NCBI GenBank assembly: GCA_002897735.1 | Contig: BDTW01000034.1 | Location: forward strand, 37,230-101,229 | DNA from: a bacterium BMS3Bbin13 | Lineage (GTDB): Bacteria; Pseudomonadota; Gammaproteobacteria; 21-64-14 | DNA: 64,000 nucleotides | Direction: 5' to 3' | In this document: piece after piece, positions 49,833 to 62,093 of the stretch | Layout of the letters: every line of letters starts with the position of its first letter | How positions within the stretch are numbered: position 1 is the stretch's first letter | Position numbers and translations under genes: made by a program | The notes under the pieces: generated by a model | The model's input: the letters and a program-made list of their open reading frames with translations, nothing else | The model's database searches: none | Told to the model about the DNA's origin: nothing

Positions 49833-50615
49833 TCATGCGGGGGCCGCGTGGGGGCGCCGCACGCCGGTCGGGGGAGGCCGGGCCGCCCCCCGGCGCAGGG
49901 CCAGCACGCTGACGTTATCGCTATGCGGTCGCGCGGCCCGCACGGCCGCGCGTGCGAGCGACTCCACGCACGGGGCCAACGGCCCCGCGGCACGCAGGGC
50001 GCCGAGAATCCGCTCCTCCGGGAGGACCGACAGGCCGTCGGAGCACAACAACAGTACATCGCCGGGCTCCAGCACGACCCCGCCGCCCGGCTGCGCCCGC
50101 ACCGGGCCCTCGCCGCCGAGCACACGGGTCACCCGATGGCGCAGGGGATGGGTGCGCCGCGCCGCGGCGTCGATCGATCCCTCGCGGTAGAGGTCCTCGG
50201 CAACGTTGTGGTCGCGCGTCTGCAGGACCTCACCCGCGGCGCGCAGCAGATACAGGCGGCTGTCGCCGGCGTGCGCCCAGGTGGCGCACCCGTCCTCCAC
50301 CACGACCGCTACACAGGTGGTGAGCGGGACGACCGGCGGGTGCTCGGCGAGGCCGCGCGCCACGATCCGCGCGTGGGCCTCCTCGAAGATCGCGCACAGA
50401 AACGCCGCCGGGTCCGCGAGCGGCCGGGGCGCCGCGCGAAAGGCCTCCACCACGGTGTCCACCGCGACCTCGGCGGCCAGTTCCCCGCGCGGGTGCCCCC
50501 CCAGCCCATCGGCGAGCACCAAGAGCACGCCGGAGCCGATCTCCGCACAGCCGATACGGTCCTGGTTCCGGTCCCGATCCCCGCGCAGGCTCGCCTGCGC
50601 GATCTCATAGCCCAT
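49833..50615 (-). CDS. PP2C-family serine/threonine protein phosphatase
   Basis: ...[20 protein letters not shown]... and ...CSDGL... are PP2C motifs. Confidence 0.75.
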   Translation of the reverse strand: MGYEIAQASLRGDRDRNQDRIGCAEIGSGVLLVLADGLGGHPRGELAAEVAVDTVVEAFRAAPRPLADPAAFLCAIFEEAHARIVARGLAEHPPVVPLTTCVAVVVEDGCATWAHAGDSRLYLLRAAGEVLQTRDHNVAEDLYREGSIDAAARRTHPLRHRVTRVLGGEGPVRAQPGGGVVLEPGDVLLLCSDGLSVLPEERILGALRAAGPLAPCVESLARAAVRAARPHSDNVSVLALRRGAARPPPTGVRRPHAAPA

Positions 50616-50739
50616 GGCGCGACCCCCGCGCGTGCGCCGGCGCACATTTCCCTACGTCCGTCGGAAAGTTTACCATTGCCCGTTCAGCGGCGCGCGGCGC
50701 CCGGCCACGCCCGGAGGACCCCCTATCGTGACCCGAAGT

Positions 50740-51594
50740 ATGACCGGATTTGCGCGGCACGAGGATCACGGGGCCTTCGGCCTGCTCTCCTGGGAATTGC
50801 GCAGCGTCAATCACCGCTACCTGGAAATCACCCTACGCCTGCCGGAGGACTTCCGCGTCCTGGAAGAACGCGCGCGCGCGGCGGTCAAACGGGTCCTGCA
50901 TCGCGGCAAACTGGACGCCACGCTGCGCTTCGAGGCCGCTCCGGAGCTACGCCCGGAGTTGTCCATCGACCGGGAACTGGCGAGCCGCCTGGTCCATATC
51001 AGCCGCGAGATCGATTCCCTGCTGTACAATCCGGCGGCGGCCAACTCGGTGGAGATCCTGCGCTGGCCGGGGGTGTTGCAGATGACCCGGCCCGACCTGG
51101 AGCCCGTGCAGGACGAGGCGCTGCGCCTCCTGGACGAGGCCCTCGCGCAACTCGTGGAGTCCCGGTTGCGCGAAGGCACGCGACTGCAGGAGGTCATCGC
51201 GCAACGTTGCGATGCACTGGAGACGGCCATACCGCCGGTGCGCGAGCGCCTGCCCGACACGTTGGAGGCCTACCGCCGGCGCCTGCAGCGGCGGCTCGCG
51301 GAACTCAAGATCGCGGCCGACCCGGGGCGCCTGGAGCAGGAACTGGCGCTGACGGCCCAGCGCATGGACGTAGAGGAGGAACTCGACCGACTCACCATGC
51401 ACGTCGCGGAGCTGCGCCGGGTCCTGGAACGCGACGAACCGGTGGGCCGGCGACTGGATTTTCTGATGCAGGAATTCAACCGCGAGGCGAACACCCTGGC
51501 CTCGAAGTCCGCCGACGGCGAGGTCACCCGGGCCTGCGTGGAGATGAAGGTCCTGATCGAACAGATGCGTGAACAGGTACAGAACATCGAGTAA
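50740..51594 (+). CDS. yicC: YicC family stress-induced protein
   Basis: MTGFARHEDHGAFGLLSWELRSVNHRYLEI... with C-terminal ...LDFLMQEFNREANTLASKS... (YicC N- and C-terminal domains). Confidence 0.85.
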   Translation: MTGFARHEDHGAFGLLSWELRSVNHRYLEITLRLPEDFRVLEERARAAVKRVLHRGKLDATLRFEAAPELRPELSIDRELASRLVHISREIDSLLYNPAAANSVEILRWPGVLQMTRPDLEPVQDEALRLLDEALAQLVESRLREGTRLQEVIAQRCDALETAIPPVRERLPDTLEAYRRRLQRRLAELKIAADPGRLEQELALTAQRMDVEEELDRLTMHVAELRRVLERDEPVGRRLDFLMQEFNREANTLASKSADGEVTRACVEMKVLIEQMREQVQNIE

Positions 51595-52323
<729 letters not shown>

Positions 52324-52431
52324 CGCGGCGCTTTCGACTATAGTGGAGAATGGCGCGCCGGGGCCGAACCGGGTGCCGGAACCGACCCCCAGACCGATCA
52401 CCCCAGAACCGATCCCAGGAGACTGGACCCT

Positions 52432-53103
52432 ATGGCCCGCGTCACCGTAGAAGACTGCCTCGATAAAACCGACAACCGCTTCCAACTCGTACTGGTCTCC
52501 GCAAAGCGCGCGCGTCAGCTCGCGCGCGGCGCGCCGCCGATGCTGGATTGGGAGAACGACAAGCCGACGGTAATGGCCCTGCGCGAGATCGCGGCCGGCG
52601 CGGTCACGGCCGCCAACGTGGACGAGATCGGCAAGGTGGCCGTCGCATCCCCGGACGATGAACTCGCCGCACTGCTCAGGGAAGCGGGGGGCGACCAACC
52701 CGCGGCACCCGGCGCCGAAGCCGCCGCGACCGAGGCGGGCCCGGTCACCGCCGACGCCGCCGCTCCTGAACCCGCCGCGAAATCCGCTCCGGAACCCGCC
52801 GCGGAACCCGCCGTGGAACCCGCCGTGGAACCCGCCGCGGAACCCGCCGCGGAACCCGCCGTGGAACCCGCCGTGGAACCCGCCGCAGAACCCGCCGCGG
52901 AACCCGCCGCGGAACCCGCCGTGGAACCCGCCGCAGAACCCGCCGCGGAACCCGCTCCGGAACCCGCCGCCGAGGCCGATGCGCCGAAGCAGGCCGCCGC
53001 GCCCGGCGACGAGCCGGCGGACGCCACGGCCGATGCGACCGGATCCTCCGAGCCCGATCAGGGGCCGGAGCAGGCCGGGGAGACGCCTCAGGGCGAGGGT
53101 TGA
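52432..53103 (+). CDS. rpoZ: DNA-directed RNA polymerase subunit omega with about 130-aa repetitive Ala/Glu/Pro-rich C-terminal extension
   Basis: The N-terminal [34 protein letters not shown]... is canonical RpoZ. The C-terminal half is (A/V)EPA tetrapeptide repeats, encoded by about 18 tandem copies of a 12-nt unit GAACCCGCCGCG/GTG (52790-52975). Confidence 0.85.
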   Translation: MARVTVEDCLDKTDNRFQLVLVSAKRARQLARGAPPMLDWENDKPTVMALREIAAGAVTAANVDEIGKVAVASPDDELAALLREAGGDQPAAPGAEAAATEAGPVTADAAAPEPAAKSAPEPAAEPAVEPAVEPAAEPAAEPAVEPAVEPAAEPAAEPAAEPAVEPAAEPAAEPAPEPAAEADAPKQAAAPGDEPADATADATGSSEPDQGPEQAGETPQGEG

Positions 53104-53170
53104 CGATTCCACTCATCGGCGGGCGCGGCCCATGGCGGGCGGCCCGTCCGCATGCCGGATCCCGACTGAC

Positions 53171-55354
53171 ATGGCCAAGGTGACGACGGCGGCCAATCCC
53201 CACCACCCCGGCGCCACCCCGGCGCCACCCCGGTTCCTGATCAGCGACCTGTGTACCCTCCTAGAGACCTACCTGGAGCCGGAGCAGGTCCGGGACGTGT
53301 ACCGCGCCTACCTGTTCAGCGCAGAGGCCCATGAGGGCCAGAATCGTCTCAGCGGCGAACCCTACATCTATCACCCTCTGGCGGTGGCGCGGATCCTCGC
53401 CGAGATGCACATGGACCACCAGAGTCTCGTGGCCGCGCTGCTCCACGACGTCATCGAGGACACTCAGACCGTAAAGACCCAACTCGCGCAGGAGTTCGGC
53501 GAGGGGGTCGCGGAGCTGGTGGACGGGGTCAGCAAGCTCACCCAGATCGAGTTCCAGTCCCAGGCCGAGGCCCAGGCGGAGAACTTCCGCAAGATGCTGC
53601 TGGCCATGGTGCGCGACATCCGGGTGATCCTCATCAAGCTCGCCGACCGGCTGCACAATATGCGCACCCTTGGGGCGCTGCGCCCGGAGCGGCGCCGCGC
53701 CATCGCCCGCGAGACCCTGGAGATCTACTCCCCGATCGCCAATCGTCTCGGGATGAATGACCTGCGCATGGAACTCGAAAACCTGGGTTTCGCGGCGCTG
53801 TACCCCGCGCGCGCGCGCATCCTCGGCGAGGCGGTGCGCAAGGCCCGCGGCAACCGCAAGGAAATCCTGAGCAAGGTCGAGACGGCCATCAAGCGCCGGC
53901 TGCGCCAGGAGAACCTATCCGGAGAAGTCATCGGTCGCGAGAAGCACCTCTACAGCATCTACCAGAAGATGCACCAGAAGGGGCTCCCGTTCAACGAGGT
54001 CTTCGACGTCTATGCCTTCCGCATCATCGTCGATACGGTCGACTCCTGTTACCGCGTACTCGGCGCCATGCATAACCTGTACAAGCCGGTACCGGAGCAT
54101 TTCAAGGACTACGTGGCGATCCCCAAGTCCAACGGGTATCAGTCGCTGCACACCGTTCTGTTCGGCCCCTACGGCGTCCCGATCGAAATCCAGATCCGCA
54201 CCGAGGACATGGATCGGGTCGCCGAATCGGGCATCGCCGCGCACTGGCTGTACAAGTCCGGGGACGAGGAGGGCCTGCCGCAGGTCCGCGCCCGCGAGTG
54301 GCTGCACGGGGTACTCGAGTTGCAGAAGAACGCCGGGGACTCGCTGGAGTTCCTGGAGAACGTCAAGATCGACCTGTTCCCGGACGAGGTCTACATCTTC
54401 ACGCCCAAGGGGCAGATCATGAAGCTGCCGCGCGGTGCCACCGCCGTGGACTTCGCCTACGCGGTGCATACCGATATCGGCAAGCGTTGCGTCGCGGTGA
54501 AGATCGACCGGCGCCTGGCCCCGTTGCGCACCGCGCTCGCCAACGGGCAGACCGTGGAGATCGTCACCGCGCCGGGCGCGCGGCCGAATCCCGCGTGGCT
54601 GAGTTTCGTGATCACCGGCAAGGCGCGCTCCAACATCCGCAGCTACCTGAAGAACCTCCAGCGTCGCGAGGCCGTGCAGCTCGGCCGGCGCCTGCTCGAC
54701 TGGGCGCTCGCGAATCTGCAACTCCCGGTCGAGGACATCCCGCCGGCGCGCCTCGAAGAGCTGCTGCGCGAACTGGGCCTCCCCGATCTGGACGCGCTGC
54801 TCGCGGAGATCGGGCTCGGCAACCGCATCGCCTCGCTGGTGGCGCGGCGCCTGGCACCCGCAGAGAAAGGGGAGACCGCCGGGGCCGGGCCGGCGGACGA
54901 GCCCCGGCCCGGCCCGCTGGCGATCCGGGGCTCCGAGGGGATGGTGGTCACCTATGCCAAATGCTGTCATCCCATCCCCGGCGATTCGATCCTCGGCTTC
55001 CTGAGCGCCGGGCGCGGCATCGTGATCCATACCGGGAGTTGCAAGAACGTCGCCGAGTTCCGCAAGCGCCCGGAGAAATGGATCGACGTGGAATGGGGGC
55101 GCGCCATCGACGCGGAATTCCCGGTGGAGGTGCGGGTGGACGTGGCCAACCAGCGCGGCGTGCTGGCGAGCGTGGCGGCGACGGTCGCCGGGATGGGATC
55201 CAACATCGAGAACGTTCGCATGGAGGAACGCGACGGTATGACCAGCGCGATGACGCTGGTGATCGACGTGCGCGATCGCCGCCACCTCGCGCGCATCATG
55301 CGCCGGATCCGCGCCATGGAATCGGTCATGCGCATCACGCGCACGCGCGGCTGA
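53171..55354 (+). CDS. spoT: bifunctional (p)ppGpp synthetase/hydrolase SpoT
   Basis: HD domain (...YIYHPLAVARILAEMHMDHQSLVAALLHDVIEDT...), synthetase, TGS and ACT domains. Classic gmk-rpoZ-spoT-recG neighbourhood. Confidence 0.9.
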   Translation: MAKVTTAANPHHPGATPAPPRFLISDLCTLLETYLEPEQVRDVYRAYLFSAEAHEGQNRLSGEPYIYHPLAVARILAEMHMDHQSLVAALLHDVIEDTQTVKTQLAQEFGEGVAELVDGVSKLTQIEFQSQAEAQAENFRKMLLAMVRDIRVILIKLADRLHNMRTLGALRPERRRAIARETLEIYSPIANRLGMNDLRMELENLGFAALYPARARILGEAVRKARGNRKEILSKVETAIKRRLRQENLSGEVIGREKHLYSIYQKMHQKGLPFNEVFDVYAFRIIVDTVDSCYRVLGAMHNLYKPVPEHFKDYVAIPKSNGYQSLHTVLFGPYGVPIEIQIRTEDMDRVAESGIAAHWLYKSGDEEGLPQVRAREWLHGVLELQKNAGDSLEFLENVKIDLFPDEVYIFTPKGQIMKLPRGATAVDFAYAVHTDIGKRCVAVKIDRRLAPLRTALANGQTVEIVTAPGARPNPAWLSFVITGKARSNIRSYLKNLQRREAVQLGRRLLDWALANLQLPVEDIPPARLEELLRELGLPDLDALLAEIGLGNRIASLVARRLAPAEKGETAGAGPADEPRPGPLAIRGSEGMVVTYAKCCHPIPGDSILGFLSAGRGIVIHTGSCKNVAEFRKRPEKWIDVEWGRAIDAEFPVEVRVDVANQRGVLASVAATVAGMGSNIENVRMEERDGMTSAMTLVIDVRDRRHLARIMRRIRAMESVMRITRTRG

Positions 55355-55396
55355 CGGACCCCCGACCGACCCGGCCGGCAACAGGAGCAAGACCCG

Positions 55397-55783
55397 ATGT
55401 CCAGAGAGATCATCCGCACCCGGCACGCGCCCGAGGCCATCGGCACGTACTCGCAGGGCGTGCGTTGCGGGCGTACCGTGTACCTGTCCGGCCAGATCCC
55501 CCTGGTGCCGGAGACCATGGAACTGGAGGACGGCGGGATCGAGTCCCAGGTCCGGCGCGTGTTCGACAACCTGGCGGCGGTCGCCGCGGCGGCCGGCGGG
55601 GGACTCGGCGACGTGGCCAAACTCAACGTCTATCTCACGGACCTGGCGCACTTCCCGGTGGTCAACCGGGTGATGAGCGAATACTTTCGGGAACCGTTCC
55701 CGGCACGCGCCGCCGTCGGCGTCGCCGCCCTGCCGCGCGATGCGGCGGTGGAAATGGACGCGATCCTGGAACTCGGGGAATGA
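55397..55783 (+). CDS. ridA: RidA (YjgF) family reactive intermediate deaminase
   Basis: 128 aa, ...[23 protein letters not shown]... and ...[22 protein letters not shown]... are the RidA signature. Confidence 0.9.
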   Translation: MSREIIRTRHAPEAIGTYSQGVRCGRTVYLSGQIPLVPETMELEDGGIESQVRRVFDNLAAVAAAAGGGLGDVAKLNVYLTDLAHFPVVNRVMSEYFREPFPARAAVGVAALPRDAAVEMDAILELGE

Positions 55784-55835
55784 GCGCCGCGCCGGAACGC
55801 CCCTGCGCCGGCCCGTAACGCCCCCCCGACGCCCC

Positions 55836-58001
55836 ATGGAAACCGGCCGTTCCGGTCCGCCGCGAACCGCACCCGCCCCGCCTCCGGGCTCGTCCACCCG
55901 CCCGGAGGCGGGCGGACTCGATGCGCTGGCGGTCACGACGCTGCGCGGCGTGGGTCCGCGCGTCGCCGAGCGACTCGACCGGCTCGGCATTCGCACCGTC
56001 CAGGATCTGCTGTTCCATCTGCCGCTGCGCTACGAAGATCGCACCCGCGTCGTACCGATCGGTTCGTTGCGCATCGGTGCCTCCGCACTCGTGGAGGGTG
56101 AGGTGGAACTCACCGAACTCGGGCGCGGGCGCCGGCGCGCGCTGCTGTGCCGTATCGGCGACGGCACCGGCAGCCTCACCCTGCGGTTCTTTCATTTCAA
56201 CGCGCGCCAACAGGAGACGCTGCGGCGCGGGCGCCGGGTCCGCTGCTTCGGCGAGGTGCGCGCCGGCCCCGTCACCACGGAGATGATTCACCCCGAGTAC
56301 CGGATCGCGGGCGACGCGGACGAGGAACCGGAGGAGGATCGTCTCACGCCGATCTACCCGACGACCGGGGGGCTGCATCAGTTGCGCCTGCGCGCCCTCA
56401 CCGCGCAGGCCCTGGCACACCTCGCCGAACCCCCCGCCTCCGGCACCGGGTTGATCGAGTGGATCCCGAACGAGGTCCTGCGCCGCTTCCGCCTGCCGTC
56501 GCTGCCGGCGGCGGTGCGCTACGTGCATCGCCCGCCGCGCGGGGCATCGCTCGCCGAACTCGCCGAGGGCCGCCACCCCGCGCAGCGCCGGCTCGCCTTC
56601 GAGGAACTGCTCGCCCACCACCTGAGTCTGCGCCGGTTGCGTGAGCGGGTGCGGCGCCGGCCGGCCCCCGTCCTGCAGGGTCCCGGCCGGCTCACGGCGG
56701 CGTTGCGCGCGCGCCTGCCGTTCGCGCTGACCGCGGCCCAGGAGCGGGTGTTCACGGAGATTCGTCGCGATCTGGCGCTCGGAGTCCCGATGCTGCGCTT
56801 GGTGCAGGGGGACGTCGGCTCCGGCAAAACGGTGGTGGCGGCGCTGACGTGCCTGGAGGCGGTCGAGGCCGGTTGGCAGGCGGCGTTGATGGCGCCCACC
56901 GAACTGCTGGCCGAGCAGCACTTTCAAAACTTTCGGGGATGGCTGGAGCCGCTCGGCGTATCGGTCGGGCGCCTGACGGGCCGGCGTCGCGGCGCCGGGC
57001 GCGCCGCCTGCCTGGGCGCGCTGCGTGAGGGGACGATCTCGGTGGCGGTCGGCACGCATGCGCTGTTCCAGGACGAGGTGGACTTCGCGCGGCTCGGGCT
57101 GGTGATCATCGACGAACAGCACCGCTTCGGTGTCCATCAGCGTCTCGCCCTGCACGAGAAGGGGCGCCGCGACGGGCTGTACCCGCACCAGTTGATCATG
57201 ACCGCGACGCCGATCCCGCGTACGTTGGCGATGACCGCCTACGCCGATCTGGACAACTCGGTGATCGACGAGTTGCCGCCGGGGCGCTTGCCGGTCAGGA
57301 CCGTGGTCGTTCCCGACACGCGCCGGGACGAAGTGATCGAGCGGGTGCGCAACGCCTGCGGGGCGGGCCGCCAAGCGTACTGGGTGTGCACGCTGATCGA
57401 GGAGTCCGAGGCCCTGCAGTGCCGGGCCGCCGCCGATACCGCCGTAGCGCTGTCCGAGGCGCTGCCGGAACTGCGTATCGGGCTCGTCCACGGCCGCCTC
57501 AAGGATCGCGACAAGGTGCGGATCATGGGCACGTTCCAGAACGGGGACCTCGACCTGCTGGTGGCCACCACGGTCATCGAAGTGGGGGTGGACGTCCCCA
57601 ACGCCGGGCTCATGATCATCGAGAACGCCGAGCGGCTCGGGCTCGCCCAACTCCACCAGTTGCGCGGGCGCGTAGGCCGGGGCCGGCGCGAGAGCGGTTG
57701 CGTGCTCCTCTACCACGGCACGCTCTCGGAGACCGCCCGCCAACGGCTCGCGGCGTTGCGCGAGACCCACGACGGCTTCGAGATCGCGCGCCGCGACCTC
57801 GACCTGCGCGGGCCCGGCGAGGTCCTCGGCACCCGCCAGACCGGCGCCCTGCAGCTCCACATCGCGGATCTGGCGCGCGACCGCGACCTGCTGCCGGCCG
57901 TCGAACAGGCCGCGACCCTGCTGCTCGAACGCCACCCCGGTCACGTCGCACCGCTGATCCGGCGCTGGCTCGGCGAGGGCGTGCGCTACGCCCAGGTCTG
58001 A
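55836..58001 (+). CDS. recG: ATP-dependent DNA helicase RecG
   Basis: Wedge domain, ...LVQGDVGSGKTVVA... (motif I), ...VIIDEQHRFGV... (DEQH). Confidence 0.9.
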   Translation: METGRSGPPRTAPAPPPGSSTRPEAGGLDALAVTTLRGVGPRVAERLDRLGIRTVQDLLFHLPLRYEDRTRVVPIGSLRIGASALVEGEVELTELGRGRRRALLCRIGDGTGSLTLRFFHFNARQQETLRRGRRVRCFGEVRAGPVTTEMIHPEYRIAGDADEEPEEDRLTPIYPTTGGLHQLRLRALTAQALAHLAEPPASGTGLIEWIPNEVLRRFRLPSLPAAVRYVHRPPRGASLAELAEGRHPAQRRLAFEELLAHHLSLRRLRERVRRRPAPVLQGPGRLTAALRARLPFALTAAQERVFTEIRRDLALGVPMLRLVQGDVGSGKTVVAALTCLEAVEAGWQAALMAPTELLAEQHFQNFRGWLEPLGVSVGRLTGRRRGAGRAACLGALREGTISVAVGTHALFQDEVDFARLGLVIIDEQHRFGVHQRLALHEKGRRDGLYPHQLIMTATPIPRTLAMTAYADLDNSVIDELPPGRLPVRTVVVPDTRRDEVIERVRNACGAGRQAYWVCTLIEESEALQCRAAADTAVALSEALPELRIGLVHGRLKDRDKVRIMGTFQNGDLDLLVATTVIEVGVDVPNAGLMIIENAERLGLAQLHQLRGRVGRGRRESGCVLLYHGTLSETARQRLAALRETHDGFEIARRDLDLRGPGEVLGTRQTGALQLHIADLARDRDLLPAVEQAATLLLERHPGHVAPLIRRWLGEGVRYAQV

Positions 58002-58120
58002 CCCCTCACGCCCCCGCGCGCCGCCGCACCCCTGCGGTATACTCGACAACCGGCGTCGGACCGCGCCCGGCAGCGGGCGCCGCCCGGCGGGGAATCCGCA
58101 AAACTCCAGGAAACGGCACG

Positions 58121-58720
58121 TTGAAACTCCCCGAGGAACCCCTCTGGCGGCCGGTTGCGGGGGCGGCGGGGGCGCGCCCGCCGCCCCCGATCGCGGCCTG
58201 GTTGCGTCCGGCCTCTTCGCTCACGCGCCGCCTGCGGCGGACCTGCGGTATCGGCTTCGCGGTGCGCGTGCTCAGCCAGGGTTGGGCCCGCCCGCTGCCG
58301 GACGAGGCACTGGCCCTGGCGATCGCGCCCGGGCGCCGGGCCTTCGTGCGCCGCGTGCAGTTGCTGTGCGACGGTGTGCCGTGGGTGTTCGGACGCACCG
58401 TGATCCCCGCCTCAACGCTGCGCGGGCGCCGGCGGCGCCTAGCCCACCTCGGCGAGACCCCGCTCGGGGCGGTGCTGTTCTCCGATCCCGGCCTGCGCCG
58501 CGAGTCGATCGATTTCGCGCGGATCACGCCGCCTTGTGCGTTGTTCACGGATGCCGGGGCGGACGCGGCGAACGAGGTCTGGGCGCGGCGCTGTCGCTAC
58601 CGCCTGAAGGGACGGCGGCTGCTGGTCACCGAGGTGTTCCTGCCGGCGATCTCCCGCGCACCACCCGCCGAGTCCCTCGCCCGCCGTCTGGGCCGACACA
58701 ACGGCGGGCACCATGATTGA
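58121..58720 (+). CDS. ubiC: chorismate pyruvate-lyase
   Basis: ...[22 protein letters not shown]...[11 protein letters not shown]... parallels E. coli UbiC ...[23 protein letters not shown]...LGKTPLGRYLF... A TTG start is inferred from alignment length. Followed by ubiA. Confidence 0.7.
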   Translation: MKLPEEPLWRPVAGAAGARPPPPIAAWLRPASSLTRRLRRTCGIGFAVRVLSQGWARPLPDEALALAIAPGRRAFVRRVQLLCDGVPWVFGRTVIPASTLRGRRRRLAHLGETPLGAVLFSDPGLRRESIDFARITPPCALFTDAGADAANEVWARRCRYRLKGRRLLVTEVFLPAISRAPPAESLARRLGRHNGGHHD

Positions 58721-59588
58721 CCGCGAGCGCCTGCGGGAACGCGGCGCCGAATACCTGCGGCTGATGCGTTTCGACCGCCCGATCGGGACGCTGCTCCTGC
58801 TCTGGCCGACCCTGTGGGCGCTGTGGATTGCGGGCACCGGCCGTCCGCGCCCGGGGCTGGTCGTGATCTTCGTGCTGGGGGTGATCGTCATGCGTGCGGC
58901 CGGCTGCATCATCAACGACTATGCGGACCGCGACTTCGACCCTCACGTGCGACGCACGCGGGAGCGACCGCTGGCCGCCGGGCGGGTCACGGTGCGCGAG
59001 GCCATGACCCTGTTCGCGCTGCTGTGCGCCGTCGCCTTCCTGCTCGTGCTGCTCACCAACCGGCTGACGATCCTGCTGTCCTTCGTCGGCCTCCTTCTGG
59101 CCGCCAGCTACCCGTTCATGAAGCGCTACACCTACCTGCCGCAGGTCTACCTGGGAGCAACCTTCGGCTGGGCGATCCCGATGGCGTTCGCGGCCCAGAC
59201 CGGTGCGGTACCACGCGTGGGCTGGCTGCTGTTCATCGGCAACGTGCTCTGGGCGAGCGTCTACGACACGATCTACGCGATGGTCGACCGCGAGGACGAC
59301 CTGCGCATCGGCGTGAAGTCCACCGCGATCCTGTTCGGCGACGCCGACCGCTTCCTGATCGGGGTACTGCAAACCCTGCTGATCCTCGACCTGGTGCTGG
59401 TGGGACGGGTCGCCGGGCTGGGCGCGTGGTACTACGCGGGCGTGGCGGGCGCGGCGGCCCTCGCGTCGTATCATCAGTACCTGATCCGCGACCGCGACCC
59501 GCAGCAGTGCTTCCGGGCGTTCCTGCACAACCACTGGCTCGGAATGGTGGTCTTTGCAGGGATCGTGGTGGACTATCTCAGTCGCTGA
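58713..59588 (+). CDS. ubiA: 4-hydroxybenzoate octaprenyltransferase
   Basis: ...[30 protein letters not shown]... is the UbiA prenyltransferase motif. Confidence 0.9.
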   Translation: MIDRERLRERGAEYLRLMRFDRPIGTLLLLWPTLWALWIAGTGRPRPGLVVIFVLGVIVMRAAGCIINDYADRDFDPHVRRTRERPLAAGRVTVREAMTLFALLCAVAFLLVLLTNRLTILLSFVGLLLAASYPFMKRYTYLPQVYLGATFGWAIPMAFAAQTGAVPRVGWLLFIGNVLWASVYDTIYAMVDREDDLRIGVKSTAILFGDADRFLIGVLQTLLILDLVLVGRVAGLGAWYYAGVAGAAALASYHQYLIRDRDPQQCFRAFLHNHWLGMVVFAGIVVDYLSR

Positions 59589-60237
59589 GGTCGTGGGACG
59601 CGCCGTCCCCGACCGGCAACACCCGCCAGCGCCCGACCGCGAGACGCACCCGGGTCGTCCCGCGCCGCGCCTCGATTCTCGCCGGCAACTCGAATCGATC
59701 GACCCGCCGATAGCCGGCGATCGCCAGCGTCCACCCCGCCTGGGTGAGGCCGCGGATGCGCCCGTCGGGACCCAGGCGCAGCCGATAGGCGCGCCCGGGC
59801 TCCGGAACGCCGCGCACCCAATAGGCGAGGGCCCGCACCGGCAGCCGCCAGCCCAGGTGCCGCTCGAGGAGTACGGCGGCGGTCGCCGCGCGATAGCGCC
59901 CGCCGCTCGAGGTGCGCAGTTCCACGCCGCCCGGCCCCCCCTGCAGATCCAGCGCCCCCTGGCCCAGCGGGCCGACGAACCGGATCCGGTAATGGGCACC
60001 GCGCTGGGTCCAGCGCAGGCTGCCGCTCCACGCCCGGTCGTCGACCCGCAGGCCGATCCGCCCCGCCAGTGACCAGCCCGGGATCGCCTGTACGGCCCGA
60101 ATGTGCGCCGCCGCCGGCGGCGCCGGCCCGAGGGCCGGGAGACGCGGGGCGGCGCAGCCGGCGAGCCCCAGGACCAGGACGAGAGCACCGCACGCGGCGC
60201 GTGCCGAACCGGGCCCCGGGCGGTCCCGCCCCCTCAT
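59578..60237 (-). CDS. lolB: outer-membrane lipoprotein LolB
   Basis: Lipobox LAGCAA. ...[27 protein letters not shown]... matches the LolB fold family. Conserved position next to a TPR protein and hemA. Confidence 0.7.
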   Translation of the reverse strand: MRGRDRPGPGSARAACGALVLVLGLAGCAAPRLPALGPAPPAAAHIRAVQAIPGWSLAGRIGLRVDDRAWSGSLRWTQRGAHYRIRFVGPLGQGALDLQGGPGGVELRTSSGGRYRAATAAVLLERHLGWRLPVRALAYWVRGVPEPGRAYRLRLGPDGRIRGLTQAGWTLAIAGYRRVDRFELPARIEARRGTTRVRLAVGRWRVLPVGDGASHDLSD

Positions 60238-60317
60238 CCGGCCCTTCGGACCCCTTCCCCCCGCGGGGGGAGTGGCGATCGCGGCGGCCTCCGGCCGCGC
60301 CGGGAACGCGCGGGATA

Positions 60318-62093
60318 TCACGGCGCGAGACGTTTCACCACCGCGCGCAGGGCCGTGCTGTCCGGATGCCGGCGCAGTGCGGCCTGCCATACCTTGCGCG
60401 CCGCGGCGTGTTTGCCGTCGGCCCACAGCACCTCGCCCAGGTGCGCTGCGATCTCGTCGTTGCCGCCGCTCAGCTTCAGGGCGCGGCGCAGGAAACCCAG
60501 CGCCTCCGGATAGTGACCGAGGCGGTACTGGACCCAACCCATGCTGTCGAGGATCGCGGGGTCATTGGGGCGGCGCTTCAACGCCTTGCGGATATACCCG
60601 AGCGCCTCCCGATAGCGGGTGGTGCGATCGGCCAGCGTGTAGCCGAGGGCGTTGAGGGCCATGGCATTGTCCGGGTCGCGGGCGAGGATCGCGCGCAGGT
60701 CCCCCTCGCTGCGCTGCAACTCGCCGAGGTGCTCGGCGATCAAGGCCCGGCCGTAGAGCAGGTCGTTGTTGTCCGGATAACGCCGCAACGCCTGATCGTA
60801 GACCGTCATCGCCTGCCGGTAGCGCTTCGCCTCACGCAGGATCCCCGCCTCCGCCAGATAGAGGCGCACCGCCATCCCCGGAAGGTGCCGGCGCAGATTC
60901 TCCAGCCGCGTGCGGGCGGCCTGCACGTCGCCCTGCAGGGCCAAGATCCGTGCGATCCGGATCTGCGCGTCCAGACCCAGTTCACCCTGTCTCACCCGCC
61001 TGTATTCGGCCAACGCCGCACGAGGATGCCCTTCGGACTCCGCGATCCGTCCCAGGTAATAGTGGGCCTCGTTGGTACGCACACCGAGCTTGACCAGCCG
61101 CTCCAGGTAGCCCTGCGCGTCCTTCGGACGCTCGGCCTGCAGGGACAGCAGACCGAGCGCGTAGATCGCATCGGCATCCTTCGGGTTCCGGCGCACCAGG
61201 ACGTGGAACTCACGGACGGCGTCCGGGATCCGCCCGGCCTGGAGCAGGAGCCGGGCATAGGCGAGACGCAGCCCCCGCTCCCGCGGGTGGATGTCGACCA
61301 CGCGACCGAGTTCCGCCAGCGCCGATTCGGCGTGCCCCTGGCGAATGCGCACCTCGGCCAGCAGCAGGGCCGCCGGCGACCAGCCGGCCCGCAAGGCCAG
61401 GGCGCGCCCGGCCGCCCCTGCGGCCAGCGCCAATCGGCGGGCCTGGAAGGCCACCCGCGCCAGCGCGAGGTGGACCACCGCGCGCTTGGGTCGACGCTGC
61501 GCCAGACGCTTGAACACCGCGAGCGCGGCGTCCCGATCCGGTCCCGCGGCCAACACTCCCGCCACCCGCAACAGGGCCCGCCCGCTCACCGGGTCCGGCA
61601 GCGCCAGCAGACTTTCCAGGTGGGCGAGTGCCTTGTCGTTCCGTGCGGCCCGCACCGCCAGCACCACGGCCACCTCCTGGGCGTTCGCGTTCTCCGGCTC
61701 CAGACTCACCCACCGCTCCGCGGCCTCCAGCCCGAGCTGCTTGCGATGGGCATAGCCCGCCAGCCGGGCCGCCGACTCCGCCACCCGCGGATCGCGGGTC
61801 TCACGGGCCGCATCGAAGTACTGCTTGAACGCGAAATCCATGCTTCCGCGCCGCATCGCCAGATCGCCGGCCAACAAGTGGTAGAGCAGCTTTCCGGTAA
61901 GCGGTATCGGAGGAATCTTGCGCACCACCGGGGCCGGGGTGGCCTGCGGTGCCGGCGCCCGGGCCGCCGGCTGCGGCACCGCACACCCGGCCAGCCACAC
62001 CACCGCCCACGAGACGAGCGCCGCGGCACCCGCACGCCGCAGACGCCCCCCGATTCGATCCGACCTCCGATCCACCCCGTTCACAGCCGTCAT
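60318..62093 (-). CDS. tetratricopeptide-repeat lipoprotein (PA4667-like, conserved upstream of lolB)
   Basis: 591 aa, lipobox LAGCAV, then at least 10 TPR motifs (AxxYxxLGxxYxxxGxxxxA...). Confidence 0.75.
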   Translation of the reverse strand: MTAVNGVDRRSDRIGGRLRRAGAAALVSWAVVWLAGCAVPQPAARAPAPQATPAPVVRKIPPIPLTGKLLYHLLAGDLAMRRGSMDFAFKQYFDAARETRDPRVAESAARLAGYAHRKQLGLEAAERWVSLEPENANAQEVAVVLAVRAARNDKALAHLESLLALPDPVSGRALLRVAGVLAAGPDRDAALAVFKRLAQRRPKRAVVHLALARVAFQARRLALAAGAAGRALALRAGWSPAALLLAEVRIRQGHAESALAELGRVVDIHPRERGLRLAYARLLLQAGRIPDAVREFHVLVRRNPKDADAIYALGLLSLQAERPKDAQGYLERLVKLGVRTNEAHYYLGRIAESEGHPRAALAEYRRVRQGELGLDAQIRIARILALQGDVQAARTRLENLRRHLPGMAVRLYLAEAGILREAKRYRQAMTVYDQALRRYPDNNDLLYGRALIAEHLGELQRSEGDLRAILARDPDNAMALNALGYTLADRTTRYREALGYIRKALKRRPNDPAILDSMGWVQYRLGHYPEALGFLRRALKLSGGNDEIAAHLGEVLWADGKHAAARKVWQAALRRHPDSTALRAVVKRLAP

